Shown here: positions 34,051 to 42,721 of the stretch, in pieces
Layout of the letters: each line of letters begins with the position of its first letter
Numbering within the stretch: position 1 is the stretch's first letter
Assembly: GCA_015487695.1 (NCBI GenBank)
Contig: WFPF01000103.1
Location: 19,504 to 83,503, forward strand
Reading direction: 5' to 3'
Length of the DNA stretch: 64,000 bases
Source: Chitinophagales bacterium
GTDB lineage: Bacteria; Bacteroidota; Bacteroidia; Chitinophagales; S012-47
Position numbers and translations under genes: made by a program
Notes under the pieces: generated by a model
Database searches by the model: none
Told to the model about the DNA's origin: nothing
Seen by the model: the letters and a program-made list of their open reading frames with translations, nothing else

Positions 34051-36291
34051 ATGAGATTTATCCGAAGCATTTATTATTCCTTTATGGTGCAGCTCCTGCT
34101 GCTCCATCTCAAGCGCCACCCCGTTCTTCTGGGATTCTGGCTGGTGCTCTTCCTGAGTGTCACCGGAAGCGTAGGCCGGCTTTTTGGCATTCCTTATCTC
34201 TTTCTTGATCCCGAATACCTCGGAAAAGTCAGTTTTGTCAGTTTTTTTATTGTCGGCCTTTGCCTCGGTGGCTTTATTATGACTTTTCATATAGTCAGCT
34301 ATATGCTCAACAGCTATCGCTTTCCCTTTCTTGCCACGCTTCACTACCCCTTTTATACCTATCTCATCAACAACTCGCTTATCCCGGCCTCTTTTGTCCT
34401 GACCTATTTGATCTCCCTGTATCGCTTTCAAAGCGGATTCAATTCGGCTTTTGCCATTTCAATCAATATTTTTTCTCTCTTGCTGGCATTGCTGATGATG
34501 TGGGGAATTTTCCTGGCTTACTTTACCAGCTTCAATGTCAATATTTCCAAGCTGAAGAAAAAATCAGGCGATCCATCCGAAGATACGTCCGACCCCGGAA
34601 CAGAACAGCACGAGAGCTGGGAGCGGAAAATAAAAACCGCCAGAATCTGGCCGGTAGAGAATTTCATTTCACGGAACCTGACCATTCGTCCTGTGCGGGG
34701 CGTTAGTCATTACGATGCGGCCCTGCTGATACGCATTTTTCGCCAGCATCATTTTACGGCATTTGTCGTGCAGGTGCTTTCTTTTGCCTTGCTGGTATTT
34801 CTCGGCTATTTTATCGACTATCCCGTTTTTGTCATTCCGGCTGCGGGCAGTGTCATCATTCTTCTTGCCACCCTGATGATGCTTGAAGGGGCGTTGAACT
34901 TCTGGTCACGGGGCTGGCGATTCATTGCCTATATGATGCTCCTGCTGGTCTTCAGCCTTCTCATTCGCTATGGATGGGCCGATCACCGCAACGAAGCCTA
35001 CGGACTGGATTATCAGGTCAGCCCAAGGGCTTATCTGAGCGATACCCTGGCTGCCATCAACAGTTTTGAAGCCATACAAAAGGACCGGCAGCACACCCTC
35101 AAAATACTGGACAACTGGCTGCATAAGCTCAGGAAGAAGAAGGGAGAAAACGGGAAAGTTAAGATGGTGTTCATTGCCGCCAGCGGAGGGGGTTCAAGAG
35201 CTTCGGCATGGAGTATGGCCGTCATGCAAAAACTCGACAGCCTCTTTCCGGGCAGGGTGATGGATCATACCGTCTTAATGGCCGGTGCCAGTGGCGGCAT
35301 ACTGGGCACGGCCTACTACCGTGAGCTGAAACTTCAGGAAATGCAGGGCGCCAATATTGACCCCAATGATAACCGGTACTATAAAAACATCACCCGCGAC
35401 CTGCTCAACCCCCTGACCGAGGCCCTGGTGGTTAATGATTTTCTTTTCCCCTGGCGAACGGTAAACATTGACGGAAGAACGTATCACAAGGACCGCGCCT
35501 ATATATTCGAGCGCTATTTTGACCGGAATACCGAAGGAATTCTTGACAAACGCCTTGTGGAATATGCCATCCCGGAAGAGAAAGCGCATATCCCGATGAT
35601 GATCCTGTCGCCCACCATCATCAATGACGAGCGATTTCTCTTTATCTCACCCCACTCTGTCCGCTATCTCACCCGTCCGCTGAACGAGGACTTGCATTTC
35701 AGCAACCGGGCTGTGGATGGTGTGGACTTTCAGAGCTTTTTCAATTATTGCGGTTGCGAAAACATTAAATTCACAACAGCGCTGCGCCTCAATGCCACCT
35801 ACCCCTATATTCTTCCTCCGGCCCAATTGCCGAGCATTCCCTCCATGCAAATTATGGATGCGGGCATTCGCGACAATTACGGTATAGAAACCATTACCCG
35901 CTTTATTCTTGCTTTTGATGATTGGATCGACCAAAACACGGATGGCATTGTCATAATCGGCATCAATGCCGTAAACAACGGCAGCCCCCAGATAGCCGAA
36001 GAAGCGGCCCCCAGCCTCATGAAACGCATCCTGAATCCGATCTGGAACCTTTATTACAATTGGGTGCAGATACAGGAGTACAACAACAATTTCAAGATAG
36101 ATTTGCTTTCAGGCACCCTTGATGTTCCGGTGCAATTTCTCGAGTTCAACTACATTCCCGGCCCGAAAGAGCGGGCCGCATCCATGAGTTTCCACCTTAC
36201 GGAAGGCGAAAAGAAGAATATCCGAAATGCCATGAACCAGATGCCCAACCAAGAAGCCATCGAACAGCTCAGACGTCAGCTGGGCCTGTGA
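34051..36291 (+). CDS. Patatin-like phospholipase domain protein with large N-terminal polytopic membrane domain
   Basis: The N-terminal 330 aa or so contain about 7 hydrophobic helices. The patatin oxyanion motif is FIAASGGGSRAS. The nucleophile elbow is AGASGGILGTAYY (GxSxG). DAGIRDNYG supplies the catalytic Asp context. Confidence 0.75.
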   Translation: MRFIRSIYYSFMVQLLLLHLKRHPVLLGFWLVLFLSVTGSVGRLFGIPYLFLDPEYLGKVSFVSFFIVGLCLGGFIMTFHIVSYMLNSYRFPFLATLHYPFYTYLINNSLIPASFVLTYLISLYRFQSGFNSAFAISINIFSLLLALLMMWGIFLAYFTSFNVNISKLKKKSGDPSEDTSDPGTEQHESWERKIKTARIWPVENFISRNLTIRPVRGVSHYDAALLIRIFRQHHFTAFVVQVLSFALLVFLGYFIDYPVFVIPAAGSVIILLATLMMLEGALNFWSRGWRFIAYMMLLLVFSLLIRYGWADHRNEAYGLDYQVSPRAYLSDTLAAINSFEAIQKDRQHTLKILDNWLHKLRKKKGENGKVKMVFIAASGGGSRASAWSMAVMQKLDSLFPGRVMDHTVLMAGASGGILGTAYYRELKLQEMQGANIDPNDNRYYKNITRDLLNPLTEALVVNDFLFPWRTVNIDGRTYHKDRAYIFERYFDRNTEGILDKRLVEYAIPEEKAHIPMMILSPTIINDERFLFISPHSVRYLTRPLNEDLHFSNRAVDGVDFQSFFNYCGCENIKFTTALRLNATYPYILPPAQLPSIPSMQIMDAGIRDNYGIETITRFILAFDDWIDQNTDGIVIIGINAVNNGSPQIAEEAAPSLMKRILNPIWNLYYNWVQIQEYNNNFKIDLLSGTLDVPVQFLEFNYIPGPKERAASMSFHLTEGEKKNIRNAMNQMPNQEAIEQLRRQLGL

Positions 36292-37694
36292 TCGTTCCGT
36301 TCCAGCAGGGCAATATTCTCTACATGATAGGTATGTGGAAACATATCCACTGCCTGTATTTCCCTGAGCCTGTATTTTTCAGCCAGGATGGCCAGGTCGC
36401 GGGCCTGCGTAGCCGGATTGCAACTGACATAGATGATTCTGCGTGCTCCGGAGTGCAATAGCTGGCGGCAAACTTTTTCATGCATTCCGGCACGCGGAGG
36501 GTCCGTAATGACCACATCGGGCGTTCCGTACGTAGCAAAGAAAGACTCACTAAAGAGCTCTTTCATATCACCGGCCAGAAAAGTGCAATTGTCAATGCCA
36601 TTTAATTTGGCATTGCTCTTTGCATGGAGCACTGCCTCGGGAATGGATTCGATGCCGGTCACACTGGCACAGGCATCTGCCAGGTAGAGCGCAATGGACC
36701 CCGTGCCGGTATAAAGGTCGAAGACCCGATCGCTGGATTTCAGGGCCGCCATTTCCCTGACCCGCTGGTACATGGCCCGGGCCTGGGCCGGATTGGTTTG
36801 AAAGAATGTAAGCGGCCCTATGCGGTATTTGACATTATCCAGTTCTTCGGTAATGTAGCCCGACCCATAGTAAGTCTTAAATTCCAGGTCGTAAAGCGTA
36901 TCGTTCTTTTTGGGGTTTACCACTGCGATGAGGGTATCGATTTCAGGAAATTTTTCATGAAGAAAGTCCATGATTGCCTGCATGGCCGGCTCGTCTTCGT
37001 AAAAAACACTGAGGATGACCATCCATTCCCCACCAAGGGTATTTCTGGTCAGCAGATTTCGCAGCCAGCCCCTCTGCTCCCTGATGTGAAAAAAAGTAAG
37101 GTCATTTTCGAAGGCATATTCGCGTATGCTGTTGCGAATCCGGTCCTGCAGGGAATCCTGCAGCCAGCAGTTTTCAATATCAAGAACCTTGTCAAAAGCT
37201 CCGGGCACATGAAAGCCGAGCCCTCTGCGATCGGTCAGTTCCTCGCCTTTCTCAATTTCTTCGGGGGTCAGCCAGCGCAGCTCCGAAAAAGTAAATTCGA
37301 GCTTGTTGCGATAGAACTGCTGCTGAGGCGAAGCCATGATGGGATGCACGGTATCCGCCTCAAGGTGGGCGATGCGTGAAAGGGCATCTTCCACCACTTT
37401 CTGCTTAAAATCGAGCTGAGCCCTGTACTGTACGTGCTGCCATTTGCAGCCGCCACAATAATCAAAATGCCGGCAGAAGGGTTGGGCCCGCAATGGAGAA
37501 GGTTCCAGCAATCGCTGGTAGCGCGCCATGGCATAATCGCGCCTGCTTTTGAAAACCAGCACATCGGCCAAATCACCCGGCACTCCCCCCTCGACAAAGA
37601 CGACCTTGCCATTGTGGCGGGCCACACCCACTCCCTTGTCGCCTACCGACTCTATTCGCAGACCTTCAATTACATATTTTTTCCTTCTGCCCAT
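36276..37694 (-). CDS. rlmD: 23S rRNA (uracil(1939)-C5)-methyltransferase RlmD
   Basis: There is an N-terminal TRAM domain. The Fe-S cysteines are CRHFDYCGGCKWQH. The SAM motif is DLYTGTGSIAL. The catalytic region is DPPRAGM...YVSCNP. Confidence 0.88.
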   Translation of the reverse strand: MGRRKKYVIEGLRIESVGDKGVGVARHNGKVVFVEGGVPGDLADVLVFKSRRDYAMARYQRLLEPSPLRAQPFCRHFDYCGGCKWQHVQYRAQLDFKQKVVEDALSRIAHLEADTVHPIMASPQQQFYRNKLEFTFSELRWLTPEEIEKGEELTDRRGLGFHVPGAFDKVLDIENCWLQDSLQDRIRNSIREYAFENDLTFFHIREQRGWLRNLLTRNTLGGEWMVILSVFYEDEPAMQAIMDFLHEKFPEIDTLIAVVNPKKNDTLYDLEFKTYYGSGYITEELDNVKYRIGPLTFFQTNPAQARAMYQRVREMAALKSSDRVFDLYTGTGSIALYLADACASVTGIESIPEAVLHAKSNAKLNGIDNCTFLAGDMKELFSESFFATYGTPDVVITDPPRAGMHEKVCRQLLHSGARRIIYVSCNPATQARDLAILAEKYRLREIQAVDMFPHTYHVENIALLERNDHRPS

Positions 37695-37737
37695 AATTTT
37701 TTGTCCTTTCTTGCAGCTTTTGAGGTGATGATGCGGC

Positions 37738-38553
37738 TTATTTAAGTTCTTCTTCCCGTTTGCGGTTCACCCTGCGCGAAATCACAATACTTACTTCATA
37801 AAGCAGGAGAATGGGAATGGCAATCATAATCTGACTGGTCACATCGGGAGGAGTGATGACGGCTGCCAGAACCAGGATGATGACAAAGGCTTCTCTCCGG
37901 TGGCTTTTCAGAAACTCCGGTGTAAGAAGCCCCATACGAGAGAGCAGGTATGATGCCACAGGCAACTCGAAGATGATACCCGCAGCCAAAGTGATCATGG
38001 AAACTACGGAAATGTAAGAGCCGAGATTAATTTCATTGATGACTTCCTCACTGACCTGATAATTGCCCAAAAAATTAATAGAGAAAGGAACGATGATATA
38101 GTAGCCGAAGAGAACACCTACAAAAAACAAAGCGGAGCAGGCAAATACCAGTCCGCGAGTGTGGCGGATCTCATTGTCGTGCAGCCCGGGCTTTACAAAT
38201 CGCCAGATTTCCCAGAAAATATAGGGGAAAGCCACGATGAGTCCGGCAATGAAAGAAACCTTCACATGCATGAGAAACTGACCCGGCATGTCCACATTTT
38301 GCAGGGTGAAAGCAATGCCGTCCATACAAAGATTGGCACCCAGATGCATCTGGTGAGACAGCCAGCATAAAAAACGGTAGGTGATAAAATCCTCGTTTTT
38401 GGGTGCCAGAATAATCTGATCAAAAACAAAACTTTTGTTCAGAAATGCCAAAATAGAGACAATAAGAACTGCTGTCAGCGAGCGAAGAATATGCCAGCGC
38501 AATGCCTCAAGATGCTCAATAAAAGTCAGTTGATTGGGGTCTTTGTTTTCCAT
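37738..38553 (-). CDS. tatC: Twin-arginine translocase subunit TatC
   Basis: It is 271 aa with six TM helices. LTFIEHLEALRWHILRS and ITPPDVTSQ are TatC hallmarks. Confidence 0.9.
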   Translation of the reverse strand: MENKDPNQLTFIEHLEALRWHILRSLTAVLIVSILAFLNKSFVFDQIILAPKNEDFITYRFLCWLSHQMHLGANLCMDGIAFTLQNVDMPGQFLMHVKVSFIAGLIVAFPYIFWEIWRFVKPGLHDNEIRHTRGLVFACSALFFVGVLFGYYIIVPFSINFLGNYQVSEEVINEINLGSYISVVSMITLAAGIIFELPVASYLLSRMGLLTPEFLKSHRREAFVIILVLAAVITPPDVTSQIMIAIPILLLYEVSIVISRRVNRKREEELK

Positions 38554-38571
38554 TTTTTAGTTGCTGTTCCC

Positions 38572-39612
38572 TTACTTATCCTTTCCTTCGAGCAAATTCA
38601 TGATTTTATTAAGCCTTGGCGAGAGAATTATTTCGGTTCGCCTGTTTTTGGCCCTGCCCGCGGCATCGCGATTGCTGGCCACCGGATAGTAATCGGCACG
38701 GCCGGCCGGCAGCAGGCGCCTGGGGTCCACTCCGTAGTCTTCCAAAATCCGGACTACCGAGGTGGCCCGCATCACGCTCAGGTCCCAGTTGTCTTTTACA
38801 CAAGCTCCCGGGCGCACCGGAATGCTGTCTGTATGTCCTTCAATCAGTATCTCAATCTCGGGATTTTTATTCATTACATCGGCAATCTGCTTCAGGGCCG
38901 ATTTTCCGTTCTCGCCCAATTCCCAGCTGCCCGACTTAAAGAGCAATTTATCGCTCATCGATACATAGACTTTCCCGTTTTTCTTCACCACACTGAGATC
39001 CGACTCATTAAACCCGGTCAAAGCTTCTTCCATCTTTCTCCGCAAATTATTGACAGCCGAGTCCTTCTCCGCTATCATGCGTTCCAGCTGTTTTACTTTC
39101 TCTTCCCTGGCTTCGAGCCCTTCTCGCAGCGCTGCTATCGACTTGTCTTTTTTCTCCAGCTCTGCCTCTTTCTCACTTAAAAGCTCGGCTTTCCGCTCCA
39201 GCTCCAGCGACTTTTCATTGAGCATTTTTTCCTTCTCATTGAGTTCCAGGGCGAGTTTCTCCCGCTCCAGATTGCTGTTCTTCAGCAGTTCTTTGTTCTG
39301 CTCTATCACTTTTTCGTAGAGGGTATTCAGGTTTTCATTCATTTTCTGCAACTGATTGTATTCCCTGGCCATTCTGGCCGTATCCCGCTGCAAGGCCTCC
39401 ATATCCTCCTTTATCTGATTGATTTGCTTCTCCATGTAGGCCACATCTTCGCGGCAATCACGGTAATTGGACAAGACAATGCGCAGAGAATCCTGTTTTT
39501 CTTTCAGGGCATTCTCCGTATCCTGAAACTTGCGTGCCGGAACACAGGAAGTCATATATCCGGCCCATGCCATCAGGCCAACGAAAATCAAAAGGGAACC
39601 CGGTCTTCTCAT
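38572..39612 (-). CDS. OmpA/MotB-family peptidoglycan-binding lipoprotein with long coiled coil
   Basis: I trimmed it to MRRPGSLLIFVGLMAWAGYMTSC, which has a lipobox. There is a coiled coil of about 170 aa. The C-terminal OmpA domain is LIEGHTDSIPV...NWDLSVMRATSVVRIL...GRAKNRRTEIILSP. Confidence 0.8.
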   Translation of the reverse strand: MRRPGSLLIFVGLMAWAGYMTSCVPARKFQDTENALKEKQDSLRIVLSNYRDCREDVAYMEKQINQIKEDMEALQRDTARMAREYNQLQKMNENLNTLYEKVIEQNKELLKNSNLEREKLALELNEKEKMLNEKSLELERKAELLSEKEAELEKKDKSIAALREGLEAREEKVKQLERMIAEKDSAVNNLRRKMEEALTGFNESDLSVVKKNGKVYVSMSDKLLFKSGSWELGENGKSALKQIADVMNKNPEIEILIEGHTDSIPVRPGACVKDNWDLSVMRATSVVRILEDYGVDPRRLLPAGRADYYPVASNRDAAGRAKNRRTEIILSPRLNKIMNLLEGKDK

Positions 39613-39632
39613 GGTTTCAAATATTTTGTTTG

Positions 39633-39640
39633 CAAAGTTA
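39633..39640 (-). promoter_or_regulatory. -7 promoter box TAACTTTG, 20 nt upstream of ATG 39612 (OmpA-like/tatC block)
   Basis: It is an exact TAnnTTTG match embedded in the perfect inverted repeat TTGCAAAG-TTA-CTTTGCAA (39630-39648). Confidence 0.5.
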
Positions 39641-39757
39641 CTTTGCAACGGGCAATCCTGTGCTTTTCTTTTGACGGCACGCAGCCAATTCATTTCTCTG
39701 TGGGCAGGAGAATATGATTTAGCTCTTTTTATTTCAGCGGGAGCTCATTTGAATTGC

Positions 39758-39765
39758 TATTTTTG
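39758..39765 (+). promoter_or_regulatory. -7 promoter box TATTTTTG, 5 nt upstream of the radA ATG (39771)
   Basis: It is an exact TAnnTTTG match. The spacing implies a leaderless transcript. Confidence 0.45.
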
Positions 39766-39770
39766 AACGA

Positions 39771-41144
39771 ATGGCCAAAAGTAAAACAGTCTATACCTGT
39801 CAGAATTGTGGCAACAGCTCGGCAAAATGGATGGGTCGCTGCCCGGCTTGTGGCGAATGGAACACCTATATCGAAGAACTCATTGTCCGCGATGAAGGGA
39901 AAAGCGCTGGATTCCAGTGGAAGAGCGACAAAGGAAAGACACATTCGATACCTGTCAATCTCGACAACATCGAAGGGCACGAGCGCATCCGCCTCAGCAC
40001 CGGTGACAAAGAGCTCGACCGGGCTTTGGGCGGGGGCATTGTGGCAGGATCGCTTATTCTCATTGGCGGAGAACCCGGCATCGGCAAATCGACCCTCATG
40101 CTCCAGATGGCCCGGGGCCTGGACGGGCGAAGGATCCTCTATGTATCGGGCGAGGAAAGTGCCGCACAAATCAAAATGCGGGCCGAACGACTGGGCATCA
40201 CGAATCCGGAATATCTCGTTTACACAGAGACCAATACCCAGCGAATCTTCCTTCAGGCAAAAAAGATAAAGCCCGATGTGGTGATCATCGACTCCATACA
40301 AACCCTTCACTCCGAACACATCGACTCTACCCCGGGAAGTGTTTCGCAGGTGAGGGAATGCACGGGAGAATGGCAGCGATATGCCAAAGAAACCGGCACA
40401 CCGGTCTTTTTGATCGGACACATCACCAAAGAAGGGTCCATTGCCGGACCCAAGTTGCTGGAACACATGGTGGATACGGTCCTGCAATTTGAAGGAGACC
40501 GCCATCACCAATACCGGATTCTGAGAACGGTTAAAAACCGATTTGGAAGCACTGCCGAAATGGGCATTTATGAAATGCAGGGCAACGGCCTGCGCGAAGT
40601 AAGCAATCCCTCGGAGATCCTTATTTCCACAAGGCCCGAAGCACTTAGCGGAATTGCCATTGCCGCTATTATGGAGGGAATGCGTTCCATGCTTATCGAA
40701 GTACAGGCCCTGGTGACCACAGCCGTTTACGGCACCCCGCAACGATCGGCAACGGGCTTCGACCTCCGCAGGCTGAATATGCTCCTGGCGGTGCTCGAAA
40801 AGCGCATCGGATTTCCGATGGGGAACAAGGATATTTTTCTGAATATGGCCGGGGGCATTCGTGTGGATGATCCTGCAGCCGATCTGGCCATTGTGACGAC
40901 TCTCATTTCTTCGCTCGAAGACAAGATCGTAGATCCCCGGGCAGTATTTGCCGGAGAAATAGGGCTTTCGGGAGAAATTCGCCCGGTCAACCGCATCGAA
41001 CAACGGATAAGCGAAGCCGACAAGCTGGGCTTTGAGCACATTTATCTTTCGTCAGGCAATATGAAAGGCATCGACCGGAAAAAATTTAATTGCCGCTTGA
41101 TTGAAGTCAACAAAGTAGAAGAGTTGGTACGGCTGCTCTTCTGA
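39771..41144 (+). CDS. radA: DNA repair protein RadA
   Basis: The zinc ribbon is CQNCGNSSAKWMGRCPACGEWN. The Walker A motif is GGEPGIGKST. It also has the KNRFG motif and a Lon-like C-terminal domain. Confidence 0.95.
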   Translation: MAKSKTVYTCQNCGNSSAKWMGRCPACGEWNTYIEELIVRDEGKSAGFQWKSDKGKTHSIPVNLDNIEGHERIRLSTGDKELDRALGGGIVAGSLILIGGEPGIGKSTLMLQMARGLDGRRILYVSGEESAAQIKMRAERLGITNPEYLVYTETNTQRIFLQAKKIKPDVVIIDSIQTLHSEHIDSTPGSVSQVRECTGEWQRYAKETGTPVFLIGHITKEGSIAGPKLLEHMVDTVLQFEGDRHHQYRILRTVKNRFGSTAEMGIYEMQGNGLREVSNPSEILISTRPEALSGIAIAAIMEGMRSMLIEVQALVTTAVYGTPQRSATGFDLRRLNMLLAVLEKRIGFPMGNKDIFLNMAGGIRVDDPAADLAIVTTLISSLEDKIVDPRAVFAGEIGLSGEIRPVNRIEQRISEADKLGFEHIYLSSGNMKGIDRKKFNCRLIEVNKVEELVRLLF

Positions 41145-41149
41145 TTCTC

Positions 41150-41758
41150 TTATTTCCGTCCGAAATCTGCCGGTATCTCTCCCCAGTTTCGCGTATCCCA
41201 TTTGTACACCGGAATATCGTAGCTGTTGTTTCGCAGCCAGGCCTCGGCCCGGTCCACCATGTCCCAGAGTTCCTGGGTTTTTTCATTGCGGGGGAGCATG
41301 GTCTTTACCTTTTTGTTCCGAACCCAGGCAAGGGCCGTACCCGAATCCGTATATACCGGCCTTTTGGTACCGGCCTTTTTTTGCAATGCCAGTGCATGGA
41401 CGAGAGCCAGAAATTCACCCAGATTGTTGGTGCCCATCGGAAAGGGGCCCTGATGAAAAATCTCCTTCCTGCTGGCCGTTTCCACCCCTCTGTATTCCAT
41501 CACACCGGGATTGCCGCTGCAGGCGGCATCCACACTAATGCTGTCGCGAATAAAAGGAGCCCGGGCAGTATCCTTCCCGGCTTTCATGGCCGAGGGACCC
41601 TGTTTGAAAGCTTTTTCAGCTTCCCATTTGCTCTTGTAAGATTTGTACAAAGCCCCCTGATAGCTGGTTATTTGTTGTAGCACCGCAGTCCAGTCATCGT
41701 AAATGCCGGGACGGTGGCCACGCCAGACCACGTAGTATTTTTTCTTCTTAGTCGCCAT
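41150..41758 (-). CDS. rnhA: Ribonuclease HI with N-terminal hybrid-binding (viroplasmin-like) domain
   Basis: The N-terminal sequence is YYVVWRGHRPGIYDDWTAVLQQITSYQGALYKSYKSKWEAEKAF. The RNase H core is VDAACSGNPG...TNNLGEFLALVHAL...VYTDS. Confidence 0.85.
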   Translation of the reverse strand: MATKKKKYYVVWRGHRPGIYDDWTAVLQQITSYQGALYKSYKSKWEAEKAFKQGPSAMKAGKDTARAPFIRDSISVDAACSGNPGVMEYRGVETASRKEIFHQGPFPMGTNNLGEFLALVHALALQKKAGTKRPVYTDSGTALAWVRNKKVKTMLPRNEKTQELWDMVDRAEAWLRNNSYDIPVYKWDTRNWGEIPADFGRK

Positions 41759-41787
41759 ACAGCGCTAAGATAATTGCAAGCCTGCTT

Positions 41788-42615
41788 TTATTGTTGAACA
41801 AATTGCGCAACAGCACCGGGAATTTCATTTAATGTGAAAATGTAATAGCCCGTAGCCAGATTTTTCACGTTAAGTGTTTTTTCTCCTTCAAGATTGAGCA
41901 CTCCGCTCATAACTTCCTGGCCCGCCAGGTTGAAAATTGAAAAGGACGATTCTCCTGCCACTTGCCCCGAGGGTACAAGCCTGATCTGGCGGCTTGACGA
42001 AATATAACGGATCGACACCCCGGACGCCAGCGGTTCTTCGATGCCGGTACTTGTAGCTTCAGCCACCGTAACGAGTTCTGTGACAATTTCGTCACCCGAG
42101 GTGGCACCGTTGTTGTCCGAGAGATTTATAGCTACGGATATTTCCACATCTCCCGTACCTGCTGCCGGAGCGGTCCAGTCTACTGTCCACGAACAACTGC
42201 CTCCCGTACAGGAAGTCCCTATAGAAGTATGTGTGATATACCCGCCATTTACCTGCATTTCATTGTTCCCGCTCTGCAGGGTGCCGGCAAAAGAGCCCGA
42301 AAGGTCTTGTACCGAAAGCTGAAATCCTGCCTTGGACATTCCGTTTTTATTGGCCGTAACCGTGATCTGATAGCTTTGGCCGGGCGTGTATCCGTTGCTG
42401 CCGATGTTTGTACTTATTAGCCCGGCTGTGGTCGTAGCCGTTCCGTCATGACAACCGGAGGTGGCACAGGTCCTGCCATTTTCAAAGCGTCCGCCTGAGA
42501 AGCCGGCATCTCCATTGTCTACCGGAGCTCCGCCCGATTTTGAGCTCAGATCATAGCTGATAAATAATACAAGAGAAAGGAGGGTGATTGTGGTCAGGTA
42601 AATCAGTCTTTTCAT
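41788..42615 (-). CDS. Secreted protein with T9SS C-terminal sorting domain (Reeler / choice-of-anchor-like N-domain, tentative)
   Basis: There is a signal peptide. The N-domain contains GRTCATSGCHDG and WTAPAAGTGDVEISVA. The C-terminus FSIFNLAGQEV...GYYIFTL is a T9SS type-A CTD. Confidence 0.6.
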   Translation of the reverse strand: MKRLIYLTTITLLSLVLFISYDLSSKSGGAPVDNGDAGFSGGRFENGRTCATSGCHDGTATTTAGLISTNIGSNGYTPGQSYQITVTANKNGMSKAGFQLSVQDLSGSFAGTLQSGNNEMQVNGGYITHTSIGTSCTGGSCSWTVDWTAPAAGTGDVEISVAINLSDNNGATSGDEIVTELVTVAEATSTGIEEPLASGVSIRYISSSRQIRLVPSGQVAGESSFSIFNLAGQEVMSGVLNLEGEKTLNVKNLATGYYIFTLNEIPGAVAQFVQQ

Positions 42616-42654
42616 AAAAGGGATTTAAGGGTTTCAAAATGAGTGCTTAATATA

Positions 42655-42681
42655 CTTTAAAATCTCTTTTATCAAAAGAGA
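42655..42681 (-). terminator. Candidate terminator downstream of bcp
   Basis: There is a perfect but AT-rich 8-bp stem, TCTCTTTT (42663-42670) with AAAAGAGA (42674-42681), around a 3-nt loop. On the minus strand TTTTAAAG follows. Confidence 0.4.
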
Positions 42682-42721
42682 CAAGAGTCACACTCTTTCC
42701 ATTTTTAAGTTAAAAGGATAA

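Noticed and set aside
39729-41039. A 436-aa ORF lies antisense to radA. Similar long antisense ORFs lie at 11790-12737, 14406-15470, 16192-17025, 16992-17843, 25397-26287, 28185-29123 and 6171-6827.
   Set aside because: These are shadow ORFs. In every case I checked, the antisense codons are in register with the sense codons; for example 39771-39729=42, 11790-9810=1980, 28185-27054=1131 and 14406-13872=534 are all multiples of 3. Antisense stops can then arise only from the sense codons TTA, CTA and TCA, which these genes largely avoid. The translated products are low-complexity (R/G/S/P/A-rich) and have no recognisable motifs. The sense genes, by contrast, carry diagnostic motifs.
42448-42468. 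C-X4-CH (CATSGCH) in the small T9SS protein could be a variant c-type heme-binding site.
   Set aside because: It is a single occurrence in a beta-sandwich-like secreted protein that has other paired cysteines, which are probably disulfides. The context is not cytochrome-like. The canonical motif is CXXCH.
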